Source: Eledone cirrhosa
Taxonomy: Eukaryota
Length of the DNA: 64,000 nt
Direction: 5' to 3'
Assembly: GCA_964016885.1 (NCBI GenBank)
Contig: OZ024741.1
Span: forward strand, 167,338,001-167,402,000
The translations under genes and the position numbers were made by a program. Below, in pieces: positions 13,465 to 24,569 of the stretch. Each line of letters begins with the position of its first letter. The stretch's first letter is position 1. The notes under the pieces are model-generated. The model saw only the letters and a list, made by a program, of their open reading frames with translations, was not told the DNA's origin and ran no database searches.

Positions 13465-13503
13465 TGAACAAGTACTTTCGTGCTTTCGCAATCTTCAGAT
13501 TCA
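13465..13503 (-). ncRNA. Type I hammerhead ribozyme (family D, left arm)
   Basis: UGAAU-CUGAAGA-U-UGC(gaaa)GCA-C-GAAA-G(ua)C-UU/GUUCA. Confidence 0.75.
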
Positions 13504-13588
13504 TATTGTGTAGTGACAGTCAAGTTTGTAATTTTCAACTGCAGTTTTCACAGTTGAAAATTGCAAACTTGACTGTCACCACACAATA

Positions 13589-13627
13589 TGAACCTGAAGA
13601 TTGCGAAAGCATGAAAGTACTTGTTCA
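13589..13627 (+). ncRNA. Type I hammerhead ribozyme (family D)
   Basis: UGAAC-CUGAAGA-U-UGC(gaaa)GCA-U-GAAA-G(ua)C-UU/GUUCA; GNRA loop II, stem III palindrome AGUACU. Confidence 0.8.
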
Positions 13628-13831
13628 ATTAACACTTAACATTTAATATTCTACCATACTATTTCATTCTAATACCATTATAAATTTTAAAGGATTGTAA
13701 ATAAAACGAGTAAATCAGACAAAGTTGGAATTCCTTTTATTAATATATGCATATATATATGCATATATATGAGAAGGCGCATGGCTTAGTGGTTATATAT
13801 ATATACTATATGTATATATATGCATATATAT

Positions 13832-14221
13832 GAGAAGGCGCATGGCTTAGCAGTTAGAGCATTGGGCTTGCAATCGAAAGGTTGTGAGTTCAATTCTCAG
13901 ACCGGGTGATGTGTTGTTTCTTTGAGCAAGACACTTTATTTTACATTACTCCAGTTTACTCAGCTGTAGAAATGAGATGATAGGGAGTGGGGTCCATATC
14001 ATTCCACTGCAAAGTGGTCGTGGAGGTGCCACGGCAAAAAAGCACCCAGCACTCACTGTAAATGAGGTTGGTGTTAGGAAGGGCATCCAGCTGTAGAAAT
14101 CAAGCCAGAATCAGTTCAAGTCAAGGTCAGCCGACCGGACACTGCCCACAACAGGACAACCCGTCTAACCCATGCTAGCGTGGAAGAACGGACGTAAAAC
14201 GGTGATGATGATGATGATGAT
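13832..14221 (+). mobile_element. tRNA-derived SINE family 2 with RTE-derived 3' tail
   Basis: A box TGGCTTAGCAGTT, B box GAGTTCAATTC, body TTGAGCAAGACACTT. The 3' ~210 bp match the RTE 3' UTR at 33474-33735 and end in (GAT)n. Related copies at 10710-11030, 11045-11310(-), 36830-37128(-), 52235-52720. Confidence 0.8.
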
Positions 14222-14223
14222 GC

Positions 14224-14256
<33 letters not shown>

Positions 14257-14451
14257 AGTAGAATCCCGATGTAAATTGGGAGATGGCAACTGTAAAGGTA
14301 TTCAATACATTAGTGGAGTATAGGCATATTCAATTTATTATAGAAATGACTTTTACAGGACTAGAACTTTCTCATTCATAAGAAATCACCAGGAATGAAA
14401 CAGTTCTAGTCCTGTAGAAGTCATTTCTATAATTAAATAAATATATATTGT

Positions 14452-14735
14452 AAGGCGGGTAAAATTCCCGAGATCCATGGACAAGTTCTCTCCAGCGGTC
14501 TCTGTCCCTCATTATCGCTGCCATGTCCTGCATCTCCAACAGACCAGTGTCTGTCCTTAGGGCATCAACATACGTTAACCTTGGTCTTCCTCTTCTAGTG
14601 TGTCCATGTAGGGGCTCCCACAGGAGCACTGAGTGCAATGTCAACTCTGGATGTCGGTGAGCATGTCCAGCTAACCTCAGTCTCCTCTGTGTCACTTTTG
14701 AGCTGACTTTTGGGATGCTCCCATACAGCTCTGAC
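14452..14735 (-). mobile_element. 3' fragment of a second non-LTR retrotransposon family
   Basis: QRRLRLAGHAHRHPE...LLWEP...RRGRPRLTYVD.L..DTG...M.DRDRWRELV, a typical C-terminus of RTE-group ORF2. Confidence 0.75.
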
Positions 14736-15001
14736 TTTATATATATATATACTTCGTTTTTGAATTTGTGAATACTTTGGGAGGGTCATGCTTCCCATAA
14801 AAACACACATTGGTTTTCACTTTTATCACAGATAGAACAAGTAACCAACTTGTGACAAGTAAATAAAGATATAAATAAATAAATAAAAGCACACACACAC
14901 GCCTGGATATAACGCATGTGCAAACCAAGTACAAAGCACACAACACACAAAAACAAGATAGTGTAGGACAGAACAAAGGAGAGACACGAAATAACAAATC
15001 A

Positions 15002-15044
15002 GTCACTGAAGAGGTCACAAAATGTATGACAAAAGAGCTTTGAC
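15002..15044 (+). ncRNA. Degenerate hammerhead ribozyme (family E, G12A)
   Basis: GUCA-CUGAAGA-G-GUCA(caaaaugua)UGAC-AAAA-GAGC-UU/UGAC. Stems I and II are intact; GAAA is mutated to AAAA, consistent with CpG decay. Confidence 0.6.
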
Positions 15045-15464
15045 ATTCATCTGGTTATTGTAATAAATTGAAGTAAAGACCAACAGGTGCATATGTTTTT
15101 ATTGGCAGTATGACCCTCCAAGTATAACAATGTATATATATATATATATATGATTCAAATTAATAGATATATGTAGATATATATATAGAGAGAAAGGACC
15201 ATATATCATATGAGAACACACAGTATTTTGTATACATACATATATCAAAGGAGGATATGTACTCTAGATGGAAAAAGTTCTTATTCCTTATGGCCATCCA
15301 ACTATTAATTTTAGTTAAATTATGGGAGACGTGAATCAATCATCATAGGAATTACGTCTATTATATAAATCAAAATAAATATATTTACAATATAGTATAT
15401 AAGACAAAATACCTGTGTTGCTTTTTCCTAGACAGTAATCTTGCGAACAAATATCGTCCGCACC

Positions 15465-15561
<97 letters not shown>

Positions 15562-15792
15562 GAAACACACAGATACATGCGGGGACACACATATATACAT
15601 GAATGCATCCGCACCCAACTGTGAGTTAAGGGTGCCAACTTCACCGATGTTGCTCAATGAATGACTGGGACAGACCAATTCTGTTTGAACTAGACTGAAC
15701 CAGTATCAGAGTTAAAAATACATTATGAAGAGAGAAGAAACATTTAGATATAATTAGTAATAAAATGTATCATACCTAAACTGTTCCTAAAT

Positions 15793-15880
15793 TCCTCGAC
15801 TACGTAGTTTCGTGGCATAAACAAAAACAATATATCAAAGATATAGAGTCCTTGCGAGGTCTGCCGACTTATCAAGAGGA
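15793..15880 (-). ncRNA. Type I hammerhead ribozyme with U3-A8 variant core (family F, copy 1)
   Basis: Reverse complement of 17219-17306. Confidence 0.75.
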
Positions 15881-16383
15881 TACCTCATTTTACTAGTCTC
15901 AAGAACGCGTCTACACGACGTGAGAAAGAATCCCAAAAGGCGGAGGGGGAGATAGTCACGCGATATAACGGTCGAGAAACAGAGCTAAGCCTCTTATAAC
16001 CACGAAGAAAATACCACGGAGGCGGAGGGGGTACTCATATCGAGGCCGCAGAAGAGGTAGTGAAGAAGGCGAGAAGTATGAGTAATGGAAGCTTTCCAGT
16101 TGTCCCCACACTTCAAAGATTGCTCGACCAGAGGGAGTTATTAATATATTTAGAAACACACAGATACATGCGGACACACACATATATACATGAATGCATC
16201 CGCACCCAACTGTGAGTTAAGGGTGCCAACTTCACCGATGTTGCTCAATGAATGACTGGGACAGACCAATTCTGTTTGAACTAGACTGAACCAGTATCAG
16301 AGTTAAAAATACATTATGAAGAGAGAAGAAACATTTAGATATAATTAGTAATAAAATGTATCATACCTAAACTGTTCCTAAAT

Positions 16384-16471
16384 TCCTCGACTACGTAGTT
16401 TCGTGGCATAAACAAAAACAATATATCAAAGATATAGAGTCCTTGCGAGGTCTGCCGAGTTATCAAGAGGA
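16384..16471 (-). ncRNA. Type I hammerhead ribozyme, U3-A8 core (family F, copy 2; G10.1 to C)
   Basis: Same as copy 1 except a substitution at 16459 that breaks the 10.1-11.1 pair. Confidence 0.65.
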
Positions 16472-17218
16472 TACCTCATTTTACTAGTCTCAAGAACGCG
16501 TCTACACGACGTGAGAAAGAATCCCAAAAGGCGGAGGGGGAGATAGTCACGCGATATAACGGTCGAGAAACAGAGCTAAGCCTCTTATAACCACGAAGAA
16601 AATACCACGGAGGCGGAGGGGTACTCATATCGGGGCCGCAGAAGAGGTAGTGAAGAAGGCGAGAAGTATGAGTAATGGAAGCTTTCCAGTTGTCCCCACA
16701 CTTCAAAGATTGCTCGACCAGAGGGAGTTATTAATATATTTAGAAACACACAGATACATGCGGACACACACATATATACATGAATGCATCCGCACCCAAC
16801 TGTGAGTTAAGGGTGCCAACTTCACCGATGTTGCTCAATGAATGACTGGGACAGACCAATTCTGTTTGAACTAGACTGAACCAGTATCAGAGTTAAAAAT
16901 ACATTATGAAGAGAGAAGAAACATTTAGATATAATTAGTAATAAAATGTATCATACCTAAACTGTTCCTAAATTCCTCGACTACGTAGTTTCGTGGCATA
17001 AACAAAAACAATATATCAAAGATATAGAGTCCTTGCGAGGTCTGCTTCTGCGGCCTCGATATGAGTACCCCCTCCGCCTCCGTGGTATTTTCTTCGTGGT
17101 TATAAGAGGCTTAGCTCTGTTTCTCGACCGTTATATCGCGTGACTATCTCCCCCTCCGCCTTTTGGGATTCTTTCTCACGTCGTGTAGACGCGTTCTTGA
17201 GACTAGTAAAATGAGGTA

Positions 17219-17306
17219 TCCTCTTGATAAGTCGGCAGACCTCGCAAGGACTCTATATCTTTGATATATTGTTTTTGTTTATGCCACGAAACTACGTAGT
17301 CGAGGA
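17219..17306 (+). ncRNA. Type I hammerhead ribozyme with U3-A8 variant core (family F, inverted copy)
   Basis: UCCUC-UUGAUAA-GU(c)GGCA...UGCCAC-GAAA-CUA(cg)UAG-UC/GAGGA; GUC triplet, palindrome ACUACGUAGU. Confidence 0.75.
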
Positions 17307-17375
17307 ATTTAGGAACAGTTTAGGTATGATACATTTTATTACTAATTATATCTAAATGTTTCTTCTCTCTTCATA

Positions 17376-17412
<37 letters not shown>

Positions 17413-17416
<4 letters not shown>

Positions 17417-18179
17417 AGTTAATATAAATTAATATATTTGATAAACACAAATACCAACATATCTGTGTTTGTATTGTAAACGACTAAGTTAGCTAGATTG
17501 AAAAATACTAATTATAATAATACAGTTTGCCTATCTCGATTTAAAATAATAAAAACAAAGCATATTGGCAAATGGCCGTGGTGCTTGGACAAATTTAAAT
17601 TTCAAAATCAAACCTGTTCCGTAGACAGGTTTAAACCTTAAAATCCAAATAAGTTTCGAAAAATGAAAAAGTGAAAGAATACCGCATTTCTATCTCCTCA
17701 GCAAGCACCAGAAAAATTGGTATGTTTCACTTCAAAATATTTAAAAAGACTGTTTAACGCACATGGTTTTTCACACATGGTTATCCAGTGTCTAGCTGCC
17801 CCATACTCGTGCTGCTAGAAATAACAGCCGTTTATATGGGGCTAAATTTAGCTCTACGTAAGGAGCAGTGATACTATTAATAATGAGTTCAAAACTCAGG
17901 CAGTCCTTTACAATGAAATAGCTCAAAGAAAGAAGTATTTCTGAGCCGTGTAATACAAGTTAATATAAATTAATATATTTGATAAACACAAATACCAACA
18001 TATCCGTGTTTGTATTGTAAACGACTAAGTTAGCTAGATTGAAAAATACTAATTATAATAATACAGTTTGCCTGTCTCGATTTAAAATAATAAATCAATA
18101 AAAACAAAGCATATTGGCAAATGGCCGTGGTGCTTGGACAAATTTAAATTTCAAAATCAAACCTGTTCCGTAGACAGGT
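17413..18179. repeat. Partial tandem (about 1.4 copies) of a 541-bp non-coding unit between (TA)n tracts
   Basis: 17413-17629 is repeated at 17954-18179. Confidence 0.85.
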
Positions 18180-18549
18180 ATATATATATATATATATATA
18201 TACTTTGGGCCGTATGTAGGGACAGCTACCACAATATACTGTATATCAGGGACGTTAAAAGACAGCCAAAATCAGTTCTGTATGAGCAAGACATGGTCAC
18301 CTGACCTGGCATTGCCCACAACAAGACAAACCGTCTAACCCATGCTAATGTTGAAGAATGGACGTAAAACAGTGATGATGATGATGATATGAAATATATA
18401 TATATATATGTATACACACACGCATATATATTTACATATACATATACATATGCATATATATGATGTATATATACATATCTAATATATATGTGTGTGTGTA
18501 TACATATATATAACATATAATATATAAATGTATATATTTATAAAATATA

Positions 18550-18631
<82 letters not shown>

Positions 18632-18744
18632 CTTTCAAATGTTAATTTGTAAACATACCATATATCATTAGATATACAAAATACACATACATATATGTAT
18701 TTAGCTATGTTGGAGCGAACGCCTTAATTCTATATATATATATA

Positions 18745-18822
18745 CCGGGTGTCCCAAAACAGGTATACACACTTCAATATCATTCTAATAAAAGTGTGTA
18801 TACATTTTTGGGGGACACCTTG
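18745..18822. mobile_element. Tiny Tc1/mariner-type MITE in a TA tract
   Basis: Imperfect TIRs C(C/A)(G/A)GGTGTCCC...GTATACACACTT flanked by TA. Confidence 0.65.
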
Positions 18823-18848
18823 TATATATATATACATATATATGTGCA

Positions 18849-18952
<104 letters not shown>

Positions 18953-19069
18953 TATATATATATATATATATATACATAGCGTGTGCATTCGAACATGTGT
19001 ATGTATATGTACACACACTTATATGGGAGATTGGAGATATTATCTCTTATCTTTTAAGTGTTGTTGTTG

Positions 19070-19320
19070 TTGCTGGTGGTGGGGGACGTTAATGGTGGTG
19101 GTGTTGGTGGTTGTGGTGGCGGTGGTGGTGGCATTGGTGGTGGTGGGGGTGGCATTAGTGGTGGTGCTGGTTGTGGTTGTGGTGGTGGTGGCGGTGGCGT
19201 TAGTGGTGGTGGTGGTCGTGGTCGTGGTCGTGGTGGCGACGTTGGTGGTGGTGGGGGCGGCGTTAGTGGTGGTGGGGGTGGAGTGGGTGGTGGGGGTTCA
19301 TCATTGTGTTGGTGTGGATG
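19070..19320. repeat. Degenerate (GGT)n repeat
   Basis: Direct reading; explains the poly-G, poly-V and poly-P ORFs. Confidence 0.9.
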
Positions 19321-19967
19321 GGGGCTGGAAAAGACAAACAGAAAGAAAAAAAAGGAAGTAAAAACACTTAAGTTTAATTTAATTGTTTCTTCTTGTGGCA
19401 CAAGGCCAGCAATTATCACAGTGCATTACTGGTACTTTATTTTATCGACCCCGTAAGGATGAAAGGCAAAGTTAACCTTGGCGGGATTTGAACTCAGATC
19501 ATAAAGGGAGGTAACTCTATGCTTCAAAGCATGGCGTCCGACCCTTACCGATACTGCCAATCCACCGGTTTAATTTAATCTATCCGTCCCACCACGACCC
19601 CACTTCTAGCAGTTGTATAGTCGATAAATTGGTGCCAACATGACTATGGCTGAGGAGTTCACTTTCCACCCCTGTGGTTTCAAGTTCCGTTCTACTGCAT
19701 GGCACCTTGTTCAAGTATCTTCTGCTATAGCCTCAGGTGGGTCTATACCTTATGTGTAGAATTTGATAAACAGAAATGGATACGTTTTGAAGCAGCTACA
19801 ACGAATACGGGGTTGTAAATATCGAATGTACCTTTCCACACCTCTCTCACATTCCTAAATTCACAACTCCTTGTCCAACTATACTAGCATGAAAAGACAG
19901 ATGTATTACACAATGTACCACCAGATGTCACTCTTAACCCTTTAGCATTTACATTACTCTATATATA

Positions 19968-20648
19968 TACGTGAACGGCAAAGCATAAACGAACTAAGGG
20001 AGAAATTAGAAATAAGAGGGATCAGATGTTGTTTACTCGAGAGAAGACTACGTTGGTATGGTTACGTGATGCGCATGAAAGACAACAGCTGTATAAAAAA
20101 GTGCAGGGCGATCAAAATAGACGGTAGCCACGGAGTAGGCAGACCCAGAAAAACCTGGGACGACTTGATAAATTCCAACTTCACACACTTACACCTCTCC
20201 AAGACAATGTCACTGGACCGAGAGCTTTGGCGCTACACAGTCATACAGAAGACCCGCTTTGCCTAAGTACAAAGTGAAACCTACTACAGTCAGTAGGCAC
20301 CTTTAACAAAATACACCCCCGTCCCACCACCCACACCCCATCCACACCACCCCTTTCAATGTAAAGTTATGTTGGTGTCACAACATCCAGCCCGAAACAA
20401 ATGAGGTCGTGTAGGTGTCACGACAAAAAAATACACAGTCCACGCTGTAATGTGGCCGTGTAGGTAACACGGTAACAACCTCCCAGTCCACACTGTAAAC
20501 GTGGTTGGTGTTAGGAAGGGCATCCAGCCGTAGAAAACCAGCTATTTTCCTATGCAAGCAAGACAACCACTCTTGCCTCAAGTGGGAAAACTCCCGTCCA
20601 AACCCATGCAAGCGTGGAATATTGACGTTAAACGATCATGATGATGAT
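19968..20648 (+). mobile_element. RTE LINE 3' fragment inserted in a TTAA MITE
   Basis: ERRLRWYGYVMRMKD...GRPRKTW plus 3' UTR and (GAT)n; MITE halves at 19934-19967 and ~20650-20835. Confidence 0.85.
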
Positions 20649-21178
20649 ATATTATTTTATTTTTGAGGTAAATGCTTTACCTCACATATTTATCTCACAT
20701 AATATTCAATCTATGAGATTTTGATATTATTTATTGGGAGAAGAATACCTTAACATCAGTATGAGTGGCTAGTTAAGGCTGGTTTGGACAGAAAGAGGTG
20801 AAAAAATTCTGACCAGATACGGCTGGTTTAATGCTCTCTCAGAAAGCAACCTTGTTTATTCCCTCCTCCACACTCCCTCATGCCCTCGCTCATATCAATG
20901 AATCCCTAGCCTGATCAAGGAAACATTGAGTTCCCTCGTATTAAAAAATGGTAGAGGTGGTACCATGATAAAAAGTACCCAGTCCAACCTGATAGGTATT
21001 AATAGCAGTGCCATGATAAAACACACCTGGTACATGTTGTGAAGGGGTTGACATTAGGAAGAGTCTCCAACCATAAAAATCATGCTAAAAATAGAATTTA
21101 TGAGTAAAATATAATCATGTGGCCTGACTGGCCCATCTAGTCCATGCAAATGTGGAAAATAGATGTAAAACAGAAATT

Positions 21179-21210
<32 letters not shown>

Positions 21211-21747
21211 GGTGGTGGTGGTAACAATGATGATGATGGCTAAATAAGGAAAAAGGAGAGAGAGATAACAATAAGTTGAAGGAAAGGAAGGAACAATGAG
21301 GAAAGAGAATCTTCAAACATGATTTGATATAAGAACCATATGTTAGTAAAGAAATGATAATTATTATTGCAAATACCCAAAAATTCTTCAATAATTTATT
21401 GAAATAGAATGAATTTCATGAGGAATACAGCCACAAATGAGTTAAAATTTGTTATCATAAATTAACACTGGATGAAACAACACTATAATTAACTGGAAAT
21501 GCATTTTGGGAAGGAATGTGGAACAATGAATAATAATGATTTAAAAAGCAAACCTATTAGGGATTATTTGTGTTTTATGATAGTTTGTAACAGCTTGGTA
21601 TTGTTGACAGGTGCAAGATAAATTTATGACAAATGTAATATAATTTATATCATCATTAAAAAGTAGCACACAGATAGATACACTCACAGTAAATATGTAT
21701 GTACGTGCGTGTGTATATATATGTGTATGTATATATATATATATATG

Positions 21748-21836
21748 TGTGTAGGCATCCAGCTGTAAACATTGCTTGAATCAGTCTCCCCACATGAGAA
21801 TGATTCAAGCAATGTTTACAGCTGGATGCCTACACA
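21748..21836. repeat. Short fold-back (~36-bp arms) in a TA/TG tract
   Basis: TGTGTAGGCATCCAGCTGTAAACATTGCTTGAATCA and its reverse complement; GGCATCCAGCTGTA is shared with the RTE/SINE tail. Confidence 0.85.
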
Positions 21837-22068
21837 TATATTTATATACATACATATATATATATACATATATATATATACACACACACATATATATATA
21901 TACACACACACATATATATATATATATATATTATGTAGATAAATCTACCAAGAGTTTATGGTAGTGTCCAATCCGTATGAAGAACTCAATGTAATCCGGA
22001 TATCATGGAAAGAAGAGATGCAATGAAAAATCACTTTCGGTGAAAGATAAACGGAATACAGAGTCAAG

Positions 22069-22524
22069 ATAAAATATTAAAAAAATAATGAATAAAACAA
22101 TGAAACAGTTCCTTATATTAAACAAAAAAAGTTCATTATTTAACGATCGTTTCTAGGATATATATGTGTTAGAATTGGCATGCATATTCAACAGATCTAT
22201 GTACAAAATTATACAAAATTATACAAACTATCAAAATTAAATATACATACCAACACATATATATGCCGTCTTCAGAAAATGTCAACCCCAACACATATAT
22301 ATGCCGTCTTCATTATTTCTGAAGACGGCATATATATGTGTTGGTATGTATATTTAATTTTGATAGTTTGTATAATTTTGTATAATTTTGTACATAGATC
22401 TGTTGAATATGCATGCCAATTCTAACACATATATATCCTAGAAACGATCGTTAAATAATGAACTTTTTTTGTTTAATATAAGGAACTGTTTCATTGTTTT
22501 ATTCATTATTTTTTTAATATTTTA
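22069..22524. repeat. Fold-back element (family G): ~208-bp inverted arms carrying a long-stem-II HHR
   Basis: 22069-22277 is the reverse complement of 22316-22524; the spacer duplicates CCAACACATATATATGCCGTCTTCA. Confidence 0.9.
22309..22462 (+). ncRNA. Type I hammerhead ribozyme with ~115-nt stem-loop II (family G)
   Basis: UUCAUUAUUU-CUGAAGA-cGGcAUAUAUAUGUGUU...AACACAUAUAUAUCCua-GAAA-CG(au)CG-UU/AAAUAAUGAA; up to 10-bp stem I, palindrome ACGAUCGU. Antisense copy at ~22132-22277. Confidence 0.7.
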
Positions 22525-22567
22525 TATATATATATATATACACATATATATATATATATATACACAC

Positions 22568-22600
<33 letters not shown>

Positions 22601-22610
22601 TATATATATA

Positions 22611-23155
22611 TATAAGTATGTACACGTGCATACATATATGTATACAGACATACAGTAGTATGTATATCTATATTCATACATGCACACATATATATATGTA
22701 CGTATGGATTCACCGAACATTTATTATAATGCTCGGTGTGTTTGTAAACAAACATCCCGTATTAAGCCGTAGTGTCTAGCAACCATCGTTGCTCGTTTGT
22801 TCAACACTGACAAAGGAACGCTGTACTAGTTTCAAGCTTATTAGCTATCATCAGCAACGTATACCTTCCTGCTAGTTTGTTGAACGTATATACTTACCTT
22901 ATGCATATTAACGGCTGAGTAGCCCAATTTGCATATCGAGTGGGTTAATAGGCCGGGTGCACCCAAAACGATAAACGGAAAAAATGAAACGAAATTTCAT
23001 TTCCCATTCTTAGTACGGTTGTTACTTAAATATAAGTATGTACACGTACATACATATATGTATACAGACGTACAGTAGTATGTATATATATATACATACA
23101 TGCACACATATATATATGTACGTATGGATTCACCGAACATTTATTATAATGCTCG
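22611..23155 (-). mobile_element. HHR-containing 420-bp unit (family H), 1.3 tandem copies after (TA)n
   Basis: TATAAGTATGTACACG at 22611 and 23031; same family as 62577-63597. Confidence 0.85.
22818..22860 (-). ncRNA. Type I hammerhead ribozyme (family H)
   Basis: ACGUUG-CUGAUGA-U-AGCU(aaua)AGCU-U-GAAA-C(ua)G-UA/CAGCGU; GUA triplet. Confidence 0.8.
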
Positions 23156-23699
23156 TACAATCTGTGGATGATCAGGTTGTTGTCGACTAAACCGGCAACC
23201 CCACCAAACTTACTTGAAAACCAAAGCCCATTAAAGGGCGGATGAACTCAAGAGAGTCAACGGACATCCAATAAATTTTTTGTTTTTGTTTTTATGTGGA
23301 GTGAGAGACTCCTAGTCTTCATTAAAGCATTTCTCTAGAAGGCCACTCTGATATAAAACTTGCGACTATGTTTGCATCCAATGCTGTAGACCAGTTCTAC
23401 TTCTTGGGTAAATGCATTCGATGTTCAGAGAGTGGAATTGGCCCCATGCAAAGCCTTTCCTCACTTAAAAAATTTTCAAGCACAGGCATCGCTTGTTATG
23501 TGATCTTTTTTGCGATACATGGCATTGCTGACCTTAGACAAGTCTCTAGCAGGACTATAAAGTCACATCTATGATGCTCATGCTGAAGTATCAAAATCAA
23601 GTTGCAGCCATCATGTATGCATGTATGTATGTATTACAAAACCAACCATTTTAAGCCCATCTCACCTGCTAAAGCAGGTATTAGCCTTGTGAGCCTCAT

Positions 23700-24565
23700 G
23701 ACAAGCTTCTTCATTTTCCCTATCCTCTGCATTTCCTCTCACCAAACCCTTGGCTTTCATCTCATTCTCCATCATTTTAACCATGTCTTTCTTGGTCTTC
23801 CCTTCCTGTACTTTCTTCGATATTCATTTCTATCACTTTTTTAACATGAACCAACCATTTCATTCCATTTCTCTTCTAAATATTCAACACTTCTCCTATT
23901 TGCATCATCCTCTGCAACTCTTTGTCTTCCTTTCTCTCAGCAAACTTCCACTCATCCAGCAGATCATTCTCATTTCTGTTTTTTCCAGCCATCTCTGCTA
24001 CACTATGACCATTACCCATGTCATGCTCCCATAAATCATAGCACTGCTGATACACACACAAAGTATACACCTTTTCTTTTAGTTTCAGCAACACTTCTTT
24101 CCTCATAAGCACATCAATCTGTTCTCAGAACTTTTTCCAAACTTATCTCATTCTAGATTCTGTCACAGTATCTGATCCACTCTCTCCATTCAACATATCT
24201 CCAGAGTAATAAAATATTTTCACACCTTCCATCTTCACACCAATCCCCAAGATCAAGCTCAACATCCTCTTCATCTGTAACTCTCCCTACCAACACACTT
24301 TACACTTACATGTAGCTATCACATTATTTAATAATCCCTTCACTCTACAACATTTTCGATGTACCCACTCAGTGTATATTGTACATTTAATGAAGTTCAT
24401 TCCAATATCTTTCTTACACATTGCACATGGCTACCGTTCTGTTCTTTCCAGCTGACTAAATGCTTTACCACATGCCATTACCTTCATCTTTCTAATATTC
24501 ACTTCCACACATTTTGCCTTGATATATTTTTTCCATGTATTCATCTTCTCCCACAGTCCTTCTAA
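23700..24565 (-). mobile_element. Old, heavily decayed RTE-like LINE fragment
   Basis: L..KEVLLKLKEKVY..CV; RIRKVWKKF-like and GRPRKTW-like remnants with many frameshifts. Confidence 0.6.
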
Positions 24566-24569
24566 GATC

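Larger units (their letters stand above)
13345..13747. repeat. Fold-back element (family D): ~197-bp inverted arms, 9-nt spacer, one HHR per arm
   Basis: 13345-13541 is the reverse complement of 13551-13747, with about 5 mismatches. Confidence 0.9.
15555..17380. mobile_element. HHR-containing ~590-bp unit (family F): 2.5 tandem copies then an inverted partial copy, embedded in (TA)n
   Basis: Period 591/590 (TCCTCGACTACG at 15793, 16384, 16974); inversion junction at ~17045; copies nearly identical; no credible ORF. Confidence 0.85.

Noticed and set aside
17682-17709. CUGAGGA-GAUA-GAAA on the minus strand
   Set aside because: No stem I, II or III pairing found; probably chance.
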